A DNA stretch of 64,000 bases from Octopus vulgaris (taxonomy: Eukaryota). The notes under the pieces are model-generated. The model had not been told where the DNA came from and made no database searches. It saw nothing but the letters and a program-made list of their open reading frames with translations. Of the stretch, positions 62,317-64,000 are shown one piece after another; within the stretch, counting starts at the first letter, position 1; each line of letters begins with the position of its first letter. Position numbers and translations under genes: made by a program. The stretch lies in assembly GCA_951406725.2 (NCBI GenBank), contig OX597842.1:7130001-7194000 (forward strand), read 5' to 3'.

Positions 62317-62675
62317 CCAAACAAGAAAGCACAAAAAAACACAATGCGAGGACGTGGAACAAATATAGTATTATTGGATGCTCAATATATAGTATTATTG
62401 GATATAGTATTATTGGAGCTCTTCGTCGGAAACATAGGAGAAGAAAAGATGAAAGGCAAAGTCGACCTCGGCGGAATTTGAACTCAGAACGTAGCGGCAG
62501 ATGAAATACCGCTAAGCATTTTGCCCAGCATGAGAACGGCCCCAAATTTATAGGGAAATAAGGAGTTTGACAAAATGAGCCCACAGAGGCATTAAATAGT
62601 TCATTCAGGTAAGATTTGAACAGGAGACCTGCAAATTGCAGTCTCAACAAAAGAATCAGAAATGTGCATACTTAC

Positions 62676-62719
62676 TTAGGTGACCATCCTTTCCATTTAA
62701 CGTAATATTCCACTTTACC
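62676..62719 (-). CDS. Pc: Pc/CBX chromodomain exon (44 nt)
   Basis: TTCCAG|GKVEYYVKWKGWSP(K)|GTAAGT. It joins in frame to the 66-nt exon. The start exon is not found in the window. Confidence 0.95.
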
Positions 62720-64000
62720 CTGGAAACAATAAATAAAAATTATGAAATATTTAAAATTTAAACATAAACAAAACAATGTGTGTATATATATATAAAGTTA
62801 ATCCAAAGAGAAAACACAACGCGAGGACGTGGAACAAATATAGTGTTATTGGACGCTCAGGAAGGAAGGGAAGGAGGGTTTTTACGTTTCGAGTGGAGCT
62901 CTTTGTCAGAAACATAGGAAAAGGAAAGATCCAGAGAAGGGAAGATGGAGGAAAAAAAATCGCCAACGCGGTCACGAGCAAAACGCCCCCACCCTCGTCC
63001 AATGGACAGTACTGAGTTGTCAAACATTTAAACCAAATTTTCTCAAAACAAGTTGTCCGACCGTCCCATAGGCCTCCCCTTTGAGAAACACTGACTTAAC
63101 CTAAATTCGAGACACCAGCAAAAGATATAAAGATAGACTTTTTTCTATTCCAAGAAAAATGATTTTACAAATGCACATTCCCACGGCTTTATCGATCGCA
63201 TTCTCACCTGGAATCGATTTTTGTAATTTTTTCAAGACTTATACATGCCCTGATACCGTCGGTATCTACATATCAAATTTGAGCGTAATTGGATGGAGGA
63301 TGCCCGAGATCTTAGAAGACACACAGACAGACAGACAGAACAGATTTTATATAATAGATATTAATATTATTTATAGTTAGGGAATATAATAATTCCAAGC
63401 CAACAGGGAAAAAAATTCAATTTAGCACACTAAATCAAAAATTCACAATATATTATATACATATGTATATATATTAAATTTAGAGACAAACTGCTATTTA
63501 GTTATTCAATCTATACTGAATGATATTATCTATAATAAACATATAGAAAGTAATTAAATATATTATAATTATTATTCTAAAAATCACAAAACAAAACAAA
63601 CTTTATATCGACTACGTGCGTTTCATGATTAAATATATAAATCGGACCTGATGAGTGGCTATATATTTCTAATATTAACTTTTAATATTACTGTAAGCGA
63701 GTCAAGGATCTTCTGCAATTTACTCTGGTTCTCAACAACAGTGACCTTTGATCTGCATTTTCATCTTGGGGAAGAGATGGCAGTCCACAGGCATTAATTC
63801 TGGCGACTAGGGCAAGTGCAGAAGTGATACTATGTTGCTTTTGATGAGAAACTCATGAGTGAAGAGAGCTTGGTGACAGGCTGTCATGAAGAATCCATTT
63901 CTTCACACTCCACAGATCTGATCACTTTTGTTGAGTCTCCTCCTTCAAACACTTCCAAACGTTGCAATAGAACTCTTGATTGACGGTCAGGCCCAGGGGG

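Noticed and set aside
63605-63660. Hammerhead (CTGATGAG on +, GAAACGCACGTA on -)
   Set aside because: The two half-cores are on opposite strands and cannot form one ribozyme.

Overview
AT-rich, microsatellite- and SINE-dense eukaryotic DNA. The repeat landscape looks like a coleoid cephalopod, most likely Octopus; this is inference. Two host genes are supported. (1) A + strand TIFA-like FHA-domain gene (main exon 8038-9686, probable last exon 15755-15920) with about 20 Thr-bearing 12-aa tandem repeats in its N-terminal half. (2) A - strand Polycomb/CBX chromobox gene with four exons in the window (62719-62676, 47617-47552, 41882-41819, 38664-37120); its exon 1 is not seen. The rest is mobile DNA: a 5'-truncated but uninterrupted RTE LINE with a PHD finger inside its RT, other RTE 3' fragments, Penelope, R4/Dong and CR1 relics, mariner/Tc1, piggyBac-, hAT- and Helitron-like elements, several tRNA-derived SINE families and a U2 snRNA pseudogene. 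The most striking unannotated signal is a ~350-bp tandem array (30180-31140) with one type I hammerhead ribozyme per unit, a candidate non-LTR retrozyme that could make circular RNA. About nine more hammerhead or hammerhead-like motifs are dispersed through the window, several in Penelope-type inverted repeats. All folds and alignments were done by eye.
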